Source: a virus
Direction: 5' to 3' (one strand)
Virus record (IMG/VR): IMGVR_UViG_3300021197_001743
Coordinates: 32,001 to 96,000 of that record
Length of the DNA stretch: 64,000 bases
Within the stretch, counting starts at the first letter, position 1, and every line of letters starts with the position of its first letter. This document shows positions 46,573 through 55,959 of the stretch, in pieces. The position numbers and the translations under genes are program-made. A model generated the notes under the pieces. The model did not search any database. It had not been told where the DNA came from and saw only the letters and a program-made list of their open reading frames with translations.

Positions 46573-49500
46573 TGTCGGATGTGAGTGAAATACGGAAGGA
46601 AGTTGAAGAATTAAAAGCCCTAGTAAACAACTGGAGTGGCTCTTGGGATGAAATTATCTTCGGCTCGAGGGGTCGCGACAAATTCAAATACGGAATCCTA
46701 GATGTCCTAGATACTCGCTTTGCTGATACTTCGACACTTCTTGGTCTTGCTGGTGCTAATAACTTAGTGATTTGGCAAAACCAGTGGCCGGCCTATAAAC
46801 TGGCTGTGGAACAAGTGATTAATGAAAATAACCCGTTCTACGTATGGGAACGGTTCAGTGAGCTTGAACCAAACGAAGAGAAGCGTGGCGGCGAGTATCT
46901 GAGGGCACTGAAAGATTCGATTATTGAACAGATAACAAACAAGGGACAATCGAGCGATCCAATTGTATTGGACGTGTGGAGAAAAAATCTCATCAAAGGA
47001 TTGATCGAAAGACAGTCTGGTAAGCTTGATCTATATGGCGAAGGCTCTGAATACACACTTGAAGACCTCAGACTCAACTCAGGCAGTCCGGATTACTATT
47101 CCCCTGAGCTGCAGTGGGCTTATTTCACATCTAATGCTTTTGATATATATGGATATCGCAATGACGATGAAGAAGCAAGACTCTGGTTTCCAACAGAAGA
47201 ACTAATAGAAATGAAAGAGTGGCTAGGGCAAATATTGAGGGCCGTTATTGAAACAGAAGGCGTAGACATAGATGATGTTTTTGATATCGATTTGTTGGGC
47301 ACTGTTCAAATTGAACTCTACACATTGGAAAAAGCCTACAAGGAAGTTTCGGAGGCCATAAGAAACAAAATAAAAGATAGCGAGGATATAGAACTCCAGT
47401 TATCTGATGACCAAATAGAATGGTTTCCTAGATTTCAATCTGCCACAATGGGGGATTTTTATCTACAAGCTCCCGGGGTCTCTCCAGATGAAGGTGAAGG
47501 AAAATTCCCTTTTATTCGCTTCTCACTTATAGGAGAAGAAAAATGGGATGATCCATTAATTGCTGATATTTATAACCATGGCCCCGTACAATATCCCGGT
47601 GTTGAAGGCAGTGTTTTTCAATCAGATAGCTATAAAGATTTAATTAAAACATTTGGTGATACTGGTTTTTCAATAGCAACTTATGATTTTAATTATACAC
47701 CTTCCGTGCCTCAGTCGGGTCTTGAAGAGGGGGTCTGGGATTGGTTCTGGAGTGCAGAGTATGACGCACTGGACCAAGTCAAGCTCTTATTTAAAAATCA
47801 ACATTTTTCTTTTCTACTTGAGACAATTACAGATGCTAATTCTAGGATAAGCGACGACACACAAGCAAATTTTGCAGAGGAAACATTCAATAAGTGGTTT
47901 GATGACAATTTCATCAGCGATCTTTATGGAAGATTACTTCTCGATAAGGAAATCGAGAGAAGAGTCGAAAAATTTAAGAAACTAGCTGAGGAACTTAAAG
48001 ATGTTCCGGATGATGGCCCATTGACCGAGGACCAAACAGCTGAATTAGCTGAAAAAGCCAACAATGCTGGTAATGAAGCCATGCTCCGAGGCTCCGACCC
48101 AACTCCAGTAGGAGATACTAAGCTATCGGAAGAAGACATAAAGAAAAGAGAAAAGTTTTTTAAACAATGTGCTCTTATATTAAACATGGACTCCTTGAAA
48201 GAAGGACTAAGTCAGCAAATAAAACGAAAGGGAAAGCGCCACAAAAAGAAACCCTTTGGAGGAAGATTTTGGATGGCAGAGTGCGCCGTGGAACAAGAGT
48301 TGTTAATTAACAATTTGGTATCTCCGGAAGACGGGAAGGAGTTTTTCGAGATTCCGCCTCCCGTGGTCAGCAATCTAGTTCCAAAAATAAGACTTTTTCG
48401 TGTTGAGAACAATAAAAAGAAGCTTCAGGAGACCGAGTTTATATTCCCCCAGAGTACTGATATCGATCGTACAAGAGACTACAGCTCTAATCAACCACAG
48501 GACCTTGCAATCCCATCTAGTTTTCTTGAGGCACCATTTGATAAAGGGGATGGTTGTGGTTTAAAAGAATTTTCCTTTGAATTCAACGGAACAAACCCAG
48601 CTGAATCCAGAAACGACATCACTGCCAACTTAACGTTGTATTTTCAAACTTTCACTGACTTTGTTCGTGAAAGAGTAAGTTATAACGGACAGAAATACAG
48701 ATTTGTTGACCTAATCATTCAGCCAGCTCCGGATAAAGATGGGAAAGTGAACGGGGTCAGTGTTATACACCCAAATCAATATGATCCTTCTTTTTACAGG
48801 ATAAGGGCGGAGGTTGGATATCACTACCCAGATAACATGGATGATTTATACAATGATCCTGATAAAAAGCTAAAGTCTGCTATACAAAGAACCAATCGTT
48901 CCTTTTTCCTTTGCATGGTAGACCATGACATCAATATCGACGTCGACGGTTCAGTAACTATTAGCATTTCTTATCGTGCCTATGTGGAGACCGCACTGAA
49001 GTCTTTGAGGTTCGATTCTTTATCTACACCAGAATTAATCAGCGCGAAAAGAAATAATCTAAGGCTAATTGAGGAACTACTTGATTCCAAAAGCTGCACT
49101 ATAGACGAGATAAAGGAAATAAAATTAACCGCCGCTGCCAAGGAAGAAGAGTTAAGAAAGAAAAGCCTTCAATCAATAGTTCAGAGACTCTACGATGATC
49201 ACAAAATATTCATTGTCAAAGTGGACCCTGATCATGCTAGGCAATTCAGAGAAAACGGGTCTTTTACAAGCTGCACTCTTACCAATATTAAAGGGGAAAG
49301 AATTATTCCTTTTACGCCATCGGATGCGTTAGATAGCATTGATGCCGGCAGCTTAATAGATAACATACTTAGTAGTGAACCACCAGATGATTGGAATTAC
49401 AACAACGAAATCGATAACAACATTCAATATTTCTTTTTCGGAGATCTTCTTTATACAATTATGGATACAATGTTTGAGCAGGATGGAAAATTTGTGGAAG

Positions 49501-50987
49501 GCTTGGAAAACACAAGAATTATTCTGGGTAGCTTTGATTATCACCCTTATATCAAGGAGTCCCAAGGCAACACTATTAATATTGCACAAATACCAATCTC
49601 TCTAGACTTCTTCACTAAATGGTTTACAGATAACGTTATTGCTCAAGGAGAAACTCGTAAATCATTTCCAATCTTAACATTCATAAGGAATTTGTCTAAC
49701 AATCTACTGCAAACTTCATTATTAGAAACTTGTGTCAACAGAGATGTTGAAAAGTCTCTTCGGTTTTCAACAGGGCAAATCAGTGCATATTCTAAAAATG
49801 GAAAGGATCCTCTTAACCCTCTGGTTTCTAACGAAATTCCCATCATTAATACAGATTCACATAGGGGACCAACCGGTGTCCTACCGTTAAGTGGTGATAG
49901 CGATAATGAACTGAGAAGCAAGAATAAAATAACAAATTATTACAATTATTTAGTCCTAAATGTGCTCGGGAGTTCCTTGTCATATACCGGTAGAGGCGAT
50001 TATGCTGAAGATGTGAAAGTCGGCCGGTACCATGTTGATATTGGATCCAACAAGGGTATCGTAAAGACTGTATCGTTTTCAAAGACAGACATGCAATATA
50101 TTAGAGAGGCTAGGCTCTTTCAGCAGGGCATTGATGGACTACAACAACTAACAAACGTGTACAAAGTTTCTGTTGAAATGTACGGAAATACTCTGTTTTA
50201 CCCCGGAATGGAGATGTTCATAAACCCATATGGAATTGGAGGGACAGCACTAGGGTCTCCAACACGAGGTCCTAAATCTTCTTCTGGTCGTTCAATGGCA
50301 AACACTTTGGGACTTGGAGGGTATCATACCATAATTTCAATTAAATCTTCTTTAACGCCCGGGAACTATTCCACAACCATCGAGGCACAGCAATATTATA
50401 GCGGTGACGGTCAAGGTAATCCAAACCCAGACGGCGTAGCACTAAGGAAAGAGAAAGCAAAACGAGCCCAAAGGCTAGAGCAAGAAAGCGCAATTCCGGA
50501 TGCAACAAATCGAACAGACATACAACAAGACTTCTGCCGGTCTATACTTCAGTCAGTCCTAGACGGAGACCAAGGAACCACCACGGTCCAATCAATCGAA
50601 GAATTCACAGCGGCTGAAGAAGCTCTGGAGCAAGCGGCCGAGTATCGGTTCGAGAACACGACAACGGAGGCAGTGGCTGGTGAGGTTTATGAGCTGGCGT
50701 TTCAGCCAACAGATGATGATGGCAACGACCTTGGTACTCCTAAAATTTGGCAATATGATTCTGTTCGAAGAAACGACCAAGATGATGGCGGATATTCTAT
50801 ATTCTATGATAGAAGAGGCGACCAAGTAGCTTCTGTTACAAAAGGGACTGATGGCGAGGGGAATGAAAAGTGGGTACTAAGAATTAAAGATGTCGGGATT
50901 CCATATACCTCAACAGTAGCGCCAATATTTGAAAGTGAAGAGGCCTTGCAAGCCCGTTTTGATACACTAAGCGAGGAGTCTGAATAA
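46572..50987 (+). CDS. large baseplate hub-like protein
   Basis: 1471 aa; C-terminal VEMYGNTLFYPGM...GLGGYHTIISIKSSL...TTIEA resembles the gp27/gp44 hub end; synteny. Confidence 0.5.
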   Translation: MSDVSEIRKEVEELKALVNNWSGSWDEIIFGSRGRDKFKYGILDVLDTRFADTSTLLGLAGANNLVIWQNQWPAYKLAVEQVINENNPFYVWERFSELEPNEEKRGGEYLRALKDSIIEQITNKGQSSDPIVLDVWRKNLIKGLIERQSGKLDLYGEGSEYTLEDLRLNSGSPDYYSPELQWAYFTSNAFDIYGYRNDDEEARLWFPTEELIEMKEWLGQILRAVIETEGVDIDDVFDIDLLGTVQIELYTLEKAYKEVSEAIRNKIKDSEDIELQLSDDQIEWFPRFQSATMGDFYLQAPGVSPDEGEGKFPFIRFSLIGEEKWDDPLIADIYNHGPVQYPGVEGSVFQSDSYKDLIKTFGDTGFSIATYDFNYTPSVPQSGLEEGVWDWFWSAEYDALDQVKLLFKNQHFSFLLETITDANSRISDDTQANFAEETFNKWFDDNFISDLYGRLLLDKEIERRVEKFKKLAEELKDVPDDGPLTEDQTAELAEKANNAGNEAMLRGSDPTPVGDTKLSEEDIKKREKFFKQCALILNMDSLKEGLSQQIKRKGKRHKKKPFGGRFWMAECAVEQELLINNLVSPEDGKEFFEIPPPVVSNLVPKIRLFRVENNKKKLQETEFIFPQSTDIDRTRDYSSNQPQDLAIPSSFLEAPFDKGDGCGLKEFSFEFNGTNPAESRNDITANLTLYFQTFTDFVRERVSYNGQKYRFVDLIIQPAPDKDGKVNGVSVIHPNQYDPSFYRIRAEVGYHYPDNMDDLYNDPDKKLKSAIQRTNRSFFLCMVDHDINIDVDGSVTISISYRAYVETALKSLRFDSLSTPELISAKRNNLRLIEELLDSKSCTIDEIKEIKLTAAAKEEELRKKSLQSIVQRLYDDHKIFIVKVDPDHARQFRENGSFTSCTLTNIKGERIIPFTPSDALDSIDAGSLIDNILSSEPPDDWNYNNEIDNNIQYFFFGDLLYTIMDTMFEQDGKFVEGLENTRIILGSFDYHPYIKESQGNTINIAQIPISLDFFTKWFTDNVIAQGETRKSFPILTFIRNLSNNLLQTSLLETCVNRDVEKSLRFSTGQISAYSKNGKDPLNPLVSNEIPIINTDSHRGPTGVLPLSGDSDNELRSKNKITNYYNYLVLNVLGSSLSYTGRGDYAEDVKVGRYHVDIGSNKGIVKTVSFSKTDMQYIREARLFQQGIDGLQQLTNVYKVSVEMYGNTLFYPGMEMFINPYGIGGTALGSPTRGPKSSSGRSMANTLGLGGYHTIISIKSSLTPGNYSTTIEAQQYYSGDGQGNPNPDGVALRKEKAKRAQRLEQESAIPDATNRTDIQQDFCRSILQSVLDGDQGTTTVQSIEEFTAAEEALEQAAEYRFENTTTEAVAGEVYELAFQPTDDDGNDLGTPKIWQYDSVRRNDQDDGGYSIFYDRRGDQVASVTKGTDGEGNEKWVLRIKDVGIPYTSTVAPIFESEEALQARFDTLSEESE

Positions 50988-50988
50988 A

Positions 50989-52197
50989 ATGCCGAAATTT
51001 AAAGGAAAAAACTCAATAAGATCTGCTTTTCGTTTAGGAAGAGAAAGAGCGAAATACAATCTCGAGGCATTCCCAGAGAACGATGGGCTTGGCCGTGAAC
51101 AGATTGTCGACTTTAACTTTGCTGAGCGTTCGTTATATGGAAAGGTCGATCGTCAATTAAATCCAGTAATACCAAATGAAGACTTTATCGTTCCAATAAT
51201 CTCTGGAGACGGATCCAACAACACTGTATTGGCAATGAATTTCGTGGCAGACCAATTTCGAGACTTAGAGAAACATTTTGTAAGAGCATGTCAACTTGGT
51301 CTCATAACTACAGACGATCCAGTTTTATCAACCCTTGTTGCAAAGAGAGGGTACGTAAACCCTAAACAAAGTTATTTAAATTATGTACAAAACGTGATGT
51401 CGACCTACACAAACGAATTTTTAAAGCCAAAAGCATCACAAATCAATAGCTTTGATGATTTTCTTAATGCATTTCCGGATTTCATGCTGAACATGAGGGA
51501 TATTTTTCCCGTTACCTATTCTGGTTTTCAAAGATCAAGTCAAAGTTCCATTTTTTCCTCCGGTTTAGCGATTGACGTTGCTGGTATTCCGTTTGACGAC
51601 GACGAAAAGAAGCAAAACCTTCTCTTTGATAGCCCAGCGTTTCAATATTATATCAATCTAGCAAAACAATATGGGTTTTCAGTTAACAAACGAAATCCCG
51701 GTGTTTTAATTTCAGACGTTGCAAGTCCAGTTACTCTATTATACCGCAGAAAGTATGCATTGTCAAGCGTTAATTCAATTTTTTCTTTACAATATTCAAA
51801 AACTCTTCATGAAGATATCAGTTTGTTATCTAAACTCCTGTCGGACTGGTATAATTCTTTCATTGCCAAGAGTCCATTCATAAGAACTTTTGATGTCTGC
51901 TCAGGTAAAACTATTACAAGTGTACAAATAAAAAAAGGTATTAATAATATAAATAATAATAATATAATTAATAATAATATAATATATTTATATATAAACA
52001 TTAGAAATATAGAAGAAAGAGAATCTTATACAAATATAGAAATAGATAATATATATTTAAATGCAATTAGGTTAAAGAAAATATCAGAAGATAGCATGCT
52101 CCAATATATCGACGATCAATTCAAAGCAAAGTACAATTTGCAAGATGGAACACTAACTTATTACAAAAAAAAGAATGAAAAAAGACTTGACAACTGA
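50989..52197 (+). CDS. hypothetical protein
   Basis: 402 aa ORF at the end of the tail operon; AT-rich Asn/Ile patch near the C-terminus. Confidence 0.65.
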   Translation: MPKFKGKNSIRSAFRLGRERAKYNLEAFPENDGLGREQIVDFNFAERSLYGKVDRQLNPVIPNEDFIVPIISGDGSNNTVLAMNFVADQFRDLEKHFVRACQLGLITTDDPVLSTLVAKRGYVNPKQSYLNYVQNVMSTYTNEFLKPKASQINSFDDFLNAFPDFMLNMRDIFPVTYSGFQRSSQSSIFSSGLAIDVAGIPFDDDEKKQNLLFDSPAFQYYINLAKQYGFSVNKRNPGVLISDVASPVTLLYRRKYALSSVNSIFSLQYSKTLHEDISLLSKLLSDWYNSFIAKSPFIRTFDVCSGKTITSVQIKKGINNINNNNIINNNIIYLYINIRNIEERESYTNIEIDNIYLNAIRLKKISEDSMLQYIDDQFKAKYNLQDGTLTYYKKKNEKRLDN

Positions 52198-52215
52198 CCC
52201 TTAACAGGCTATATT
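52187..52215 (+). promoter_or_regulatory. sigma70-type promoter
   Basis: TTGACA 52187-52192, 17 bp, TATATT 52210-52215. Confidence 0.75.
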
Positions 52216-52244
52216 ATAAAAGACGACGACATATTGGAGGACAA

Positions 52245-53438
52245 ATGATATTTCAAGTCTTAGACGACAAGAAAGATTGCAGAGGCATATATACAAATGG
52301 AAATTTTATTTATGATAGAATTCCCAAATCAGCCAACAGAACTTGGGCTTACTCAGACCACATTTCAGACCGCTTCATTGAATACGGTTATTTGTGGTCC
52401 GAAGGCAAATCCATTCAAGAAATATGCCCAGAACATCTTAAATTGCGATTAACTACACACGAAAATAGAATGAAAGGGCACTTTAAATCTTTTCATACGG
52501 CAAAAATCAACTTTGAAGACATCTGCTTTTATGAGTTGGTACCAGACAAACAATTACGACACTACTTTGAAATTAAAAATGAAGTATGTGAGTGGGTTTT
52601 TGAAAATTACCCAAAACCAAGGAATTATTCTTTTCTACATGATTCATACATAACAATTCAGCAAATAGCGAAAAATCCAGTTAATTTAAATTTGCATAAA
52701 CTATATAGCTTTGCTAAAGAAGATTTGAAAGCCAAAAGTCTTTTAAGGTGGACCAAGGAGAACCCTCGTCATACTGTGAATTATGACCTTTTCGGAAGCA
52801 TCACCGGTAGAATTACTACTAAAACAGGAAGTTTTCCGATAATGAACCTTAAGAAAGAGATAAGATCAATATTAAAACCAAACCTAGACTGCTTCCTTGA
52901 GCTTGACTTCAATGCAGCAGAAATAAGAACAATGATTTCCCTAATGGGACAACAACAACCACAGGAGGATATTCATGAGTGGAACATCAAAAACATATTT
53001 AAAGAAGATATCAGCAGAGCACAAGCAAAACAAAAATTCTTTGCATGGCTCTATAACTCGGAAAACAAAACTATCAATTCTGAACTCTATAGCAAAGACA
53101 TTCTCGTCGAAAAGTTTTACAAAGAAGGGCAAATACGGACCCCGTTTGGCAGGAGGACAGTATGCGATAGATTTCACGCCCTCAACTACCTGTTGCAATC
53201 CGCTTCCTCCGACAATTGTATGGACCGAGTCAACAAAATTGAAAGATTCTTAAGAGACAGGAGAAGTTATGTCGCCTTTACTATACACGATTGTGTTATT
53301 ATTGACCTTCATCGGGACGATCGCTCTCTTATTCCACAATTGAAGGAGATCTTTGAGGACACTAAATTGGGACAATTCCCTTCTTCTTGCCACCTAGGTA
53401 AAGATTTTGGAAGCATGAGAGAGTTTAAATGGAACTAA
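52245..53438 (+). CDS. family A DNA polymerase-like protein (compact polymerase domain only)
   Basis: TGRI, motif A LDFNAAEIR, motif B R..AK..FFAWLY, TPFGR, NYLLQS, motif C IHDC. Confidence 0.75.
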   Translation: MIFQVLDDKKDCRGIYTNGNFIYDRIPKSANRTWAYSDHISDRFIEYGYLWSEGKSIQEICPEHLKLRLTTHENRMKGHFKSFHTAKINFEDICFYELVPDKQLRHYFEIKNEVCEWVFENYPKPRNYSFLHDSYITIQQIAKNPVNLNLHKLYSFAKEDLKAKSLLRWTKENPRHTVNYDLFGSITGRITTKTGSFPIMNLKKEIRSILKPNLDCFLELDFNAAEIRTMISLMGQQQPQEDIHEWNIKNIFKEDISRAQAKQKFFAWLYNSENKTINSELYSKDILVEKFYKEGQIRTPFGRRTVCDRFHALNYLLQSASSDNCMDRVNKIERFLRDRRSYVAFTIHDCVIIDLHRDDRSLIPQLKEIFEDTKLGQFPSSCHLGKDFGSMREFKWN

Positions 53439-53647
53439 AGTATGGCGATCTAATCATCACTCTCCCAAAAGTTGAAAAAATAAAAGCAATTTTAACACAA
53501 CTAACTGGAGGAATGATTGGTGTCGTCGTTGAAGCGAGCGCGGAATTTGATAAGATAAAAGTTTATGGCATCCTAATCGATGGAGAAATTTTTTATCTAT
53601 TTGAAGATGAAATAGAAAAATTGGAGGACGACGATGAAGATCGGTGA
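53429..53647 (+). CDS. small hypothetical protein (SH3/KOW-like)
   Basis: LKYGDLI...IGVVVE pattern; 72 aa. Confidence 0.55.
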   Translation: MELKYGDLIITLPKVEKIKAILTQLTGGMIGVVVEASAEFDKIKVYGILIDGEIFYLFEDEIEKLEDDDEDR

Positions 53648-53831
53648 TTTAGTTATAACAAAGCCATGTTCTTGGTTTTATGGCTCAGAGGACAAAGCCA
53701 AAAGGATTGGGATCATATTAGAAATTTTCGAAGCACCAGCTCTTGGATATGTAGCCAACTGTTGGTTTGAGCATCTCGGCTATTTTCAAATAAACGTTGA
53801 AGGCATTGAATTATTGGAGGAAGAATGTTAA
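53634..53831 (+). CDS. small hypothetical protein (SH3/KOW-like)
   Basis: MKIGDLV...IGIILE; GGAGG SD. Confidence 0.55.
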   Translation: MKIGDLVITKPCSWFYGSEDKAKRIGIILEIFEAPALGYVANCWFEHLGYFQINVEGIELLEEEC

Positions 53832-54640
53832 TTATTGGTTTAGGACAAGCAGGATGTAATATCGCAAAGTTATTCGAACAACATGAACAATACCATGTTG
53901 AGTTGCTAGATGAAGGAAAAGGAATTAAAAAACAAAAAACAGTCGAAGGTTATGATACAATTAATTATAAACCTCGCAAGAAAGGCATCAAATCGGCCAC
54001 TGACGGCATTCTGTTCGTTTGTGGGAGTGGTAAGATAGCCGGAGCCACACTGCGTGTTCTAGAGGGTCTCAAGCACGTTAAAATGCAAGTTGTTTATGTT
54101 ATTCCGGACCTCGAGTACTCTTCTCTCAAGGAACAGTTGAGACATCGAGTGCATTATAACGTCTTACAGCAATATGCTCGCTCTGGAATGGTCGAGGAAC
54201 TAATGCTAATAGATAATAAGATATTAATTAATATAGTGGGTCATGGTACAATATATGATTATTATAAGAAAGTAAATCATTACATATATACTGCAATTCA
54301 CACATTAAACTATTGCAATAATGTGAAAGCAGAATTTGGAGTCCTTCATACTCCTAGAGAAATCAGCAGGATAACAACTCTCGGCTATGGGCTACTAGAA
54401 AAAAATGAAGAAAAGTTGTTCTTTTCACTTGACAACATAACTGAGACGAGTTATATTATAAGTATAAATGAAGATGATCTGGTTAATGATATTTCTGTTT
54501 TGCCTAATGTGAAAGCAATGGCGAAAGAGTGTAAAGACTTAGGAAGAGAAACTTCATTTGCTATTTGGGCAACAGAAGAAGCCGAGAGTTACTACTATAC
54601 CAAATATTATACACACGTTATACAACAGGAGAACGAATGA
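53825..54640 (+). CDS. divergent tubulin/FtsZ-family protein
   Basis: IIGLGQAGCNIA (T1 loop), CGSGKIAG (degenerate GGGTGSG), LIDN. Confidence 0.6.
   Translation: MLIIGLGQAGCNIAKLFEQHEQYHVELLDEGKGIKKQKTVEGYDTINYKPRKKGIKSATDGILFVCGSGKIAGATLRVLEGLKHVKMQVVYVIPDLEYSSLKEQLRHRVHYNVLQQYARSGMVEELMLIDNKILINIVGHGTIYDYYKKVNHYIYTAIHTLNYCNNVKAEFGVLHTPREISRITTLGYGLLEKNEEKLFFSLDNITETSYIISINEDDLVNDISVLPNVKAMAKECKDLGRETSFAIWATEEAESYYYTKYYTHVIQQENE
54429..54457 (+). promoter_or_regulatory. sigma70-type promoter inside the tubulin-like CDS
   Basis: TTGACA 54429-54434, 17 bp, TATATT 54452-54457. Confidence 0.6.
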
Positions 54641-54735
54641 AATTAAATTATAAAATAAGATCCGCCTTTAAGGATTCTCGAAATAGTAAGAAATCTTCAA
54701 AAAAGATTAAGAAAATACTTGACAAGATAACCTAG
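54637..54735 (+). CDS. 32-aa basic micro-ORF
   Basis: MKLNYKIRSAFKDSRNSKKSSKKIKKILDKIT*; AGGAG SD; ATGA overlap with the tubulin stop. Confidence 0.4.
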   Translation: MKLNYKIRSAFKDSRNSKKSSKKIKKILDKIT

Positions 54736-54747
54736 ACAGGTTATATT
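54719..54747 (+). promoter_or_regulatory. sigma70-type promoter
   Basis: TTGACA 54719-54724, 17 bp, TATATT 54742-54747. Confidence 0.75.
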
Positions 54748-54776
54748 ATATACATAATAAGAAAAAAGGAGAAATA

Positions 54777-54869
54777 ATGCTAACACTTATGCTAACAATT
54801 CTAATTGGCTGTGGTGAAAAGGCGGATGATACCGCTGATTCTGCAACTATTATCGAACCAACTGAATAA
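54777..54869 (+). CDS. 30-aa putative micro-lipoprotein
   Basis: MLTLMLTILIGCGEKADDTADSATIIEPTE*; AAGGAG SD; own promoter; lipobox-like LIGC. Confidence 0.55.
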   Translation: MLTLMLTILIGCGEKADDTADSATIIEPTE

Positions 54870-54884
54870 ACTTTAAGAAAAAAC

Positions 54885-54913
54885 TTGACACGGTTTAAAA
54901 AATGTGTTATAAT
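54885..54913 (+). promoter_or_regulatory. sigma70-type promoter (perfect consensus, extended -10)
   Basis: TTGACA 54885-54890, 17 bp, TGtTATAAT ending at 54913. Confidence 0.85.
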
Positions 54914-55011
54914 ATAAGTATGAGTTGATTTATACAACTTAAAATAAACTGGGAGTAAGGTTGAAACCCTGCTCACCTTAAACAATAGCAAAAAAAATCA
55001 TAGGAGATCAA

Positions 55012-55779
55012 ATGGCTATAAATATAGAAGCGATGCGTGCCAAACTTAATGCATCTAAAAACGGCAACAAAGGTCAATCAAACAGTACGAAATGGCGACC
55101 AACTCAAGGAGACCAAACCATTCGTATCCTTCCTACAGCGGACGGAGACCCCTTTAAGGAGTTCCACTTCCATTATAATGTAGGCAAAAACCCCGGGATT
55201 ATGTGCCCCAAACGAAATCATGGAGAAGACTGTCCAATTTGTGAATTTGCGTCTAAATGTTGGCGTGAAGGAGTAGAGAACGACGATAGTACGCTTAAAA
55301 ATGAAGCAAAGAAGCTTTTTAGTCGTAAGCGCTATTACTCTCCAATTATCGTTCGCGGCAAGGAAACCGAGGGTGTAAAAGTTTGGTCTTATGGGAAGAC
55401 CGCGTATGAAACCTTGCTGGGTTATGTCCTCGACCCTGACTATGGTGATATCACAGACCCTGACGTGGGCACTGATATTGTTCTCAATTATGACGTACCG
55501 GGAACTCCGGGGTCCTTCCCTAAGACCACCCTTAAACCTCGACGACGACCGAGTGTTCTTTGCGACGATGCAGTAGCAGATTGCGATACATTAATTCAAT
55601 CGATCCCAGATATTGGAAGCTTATTCGATAGAAAGACAACAGAAGATGTTCAAGCATACCTTGACGATTTTCTCTCTGGCGACTCTTCTTCGGAAAGCAG
55701 ATCTACTGAAACAACTAAATATGCAAAAAACAACACTAATGTCGATGAGGAATTTCAAAAATTCATGAATAACGATTAG
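55012..55779 (+). CDS. single-stranded DNA-binding protein (gp32-like)
   Basis: IRILP, FH...CP...CPIC, VKVWSYGK, DITDP..G.D, acidic C-terminal tail. Confidence 0.8.
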   Translation: MAINIEAMRAKLNASKNGNKGQSNSTKWRPTQGDQTIRILPTADGDPFKEFHFHYNVGKNPGIMCPKRNHGEDCPICEFASKCWREGVENDDSTLKNEAKKLFSRKRYYSPIIVRGKETEGVKVWSYGKTAYETLLGYVLDPDYGDITDPDVGTDIVLNYDVPGTPGSFPKTTLKPRRRPSVLCDDAVADCDTLIQSIPDIGSLFDRKTTEDVQAYLDDFLSGDSSSESRSTETTKYAKNNTNVDEEFQKFMNND

Positions 55780-55832
55780 TCCTCCTGTGTTAATAGACCG
55801 ATAAGCCATTGCGTAAGGTCTTATGAAAGGCT

Positions 55833-55869
55833 CCCCGTCTGCCTAGAAAGACGGGATCTTTATTCTTTA
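55833..55869 (+). terminator. hairpin/putative terminator
   Basis: CCCGTCT...AGACGGG followed by a T-rich tract. Confidence 0.55.
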
Positions 55870-55959
55870 TAAAAAATTAATTTTAGGCTATTCTTATTAG
55901 CCGCCAACACCCGTTCTTATCGGGTTTAAAAATGAAAAAACAACAAGGAGTTTTTTATT

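Noticed and set aside
53825-54640. Nucleus-forming (chimallin-type) phage inference from the tubulin
   Set aside because: No shell protein or multisubunit RNAP in the window; architecture is T4-like with sigma70 promoters
55795-55835. Hammerhead ribozyme
   Set aside because: CCGATAA...GAAA only loosely resembles the CUGAUGA/GAAA core and the three stems cannot be built convincingly
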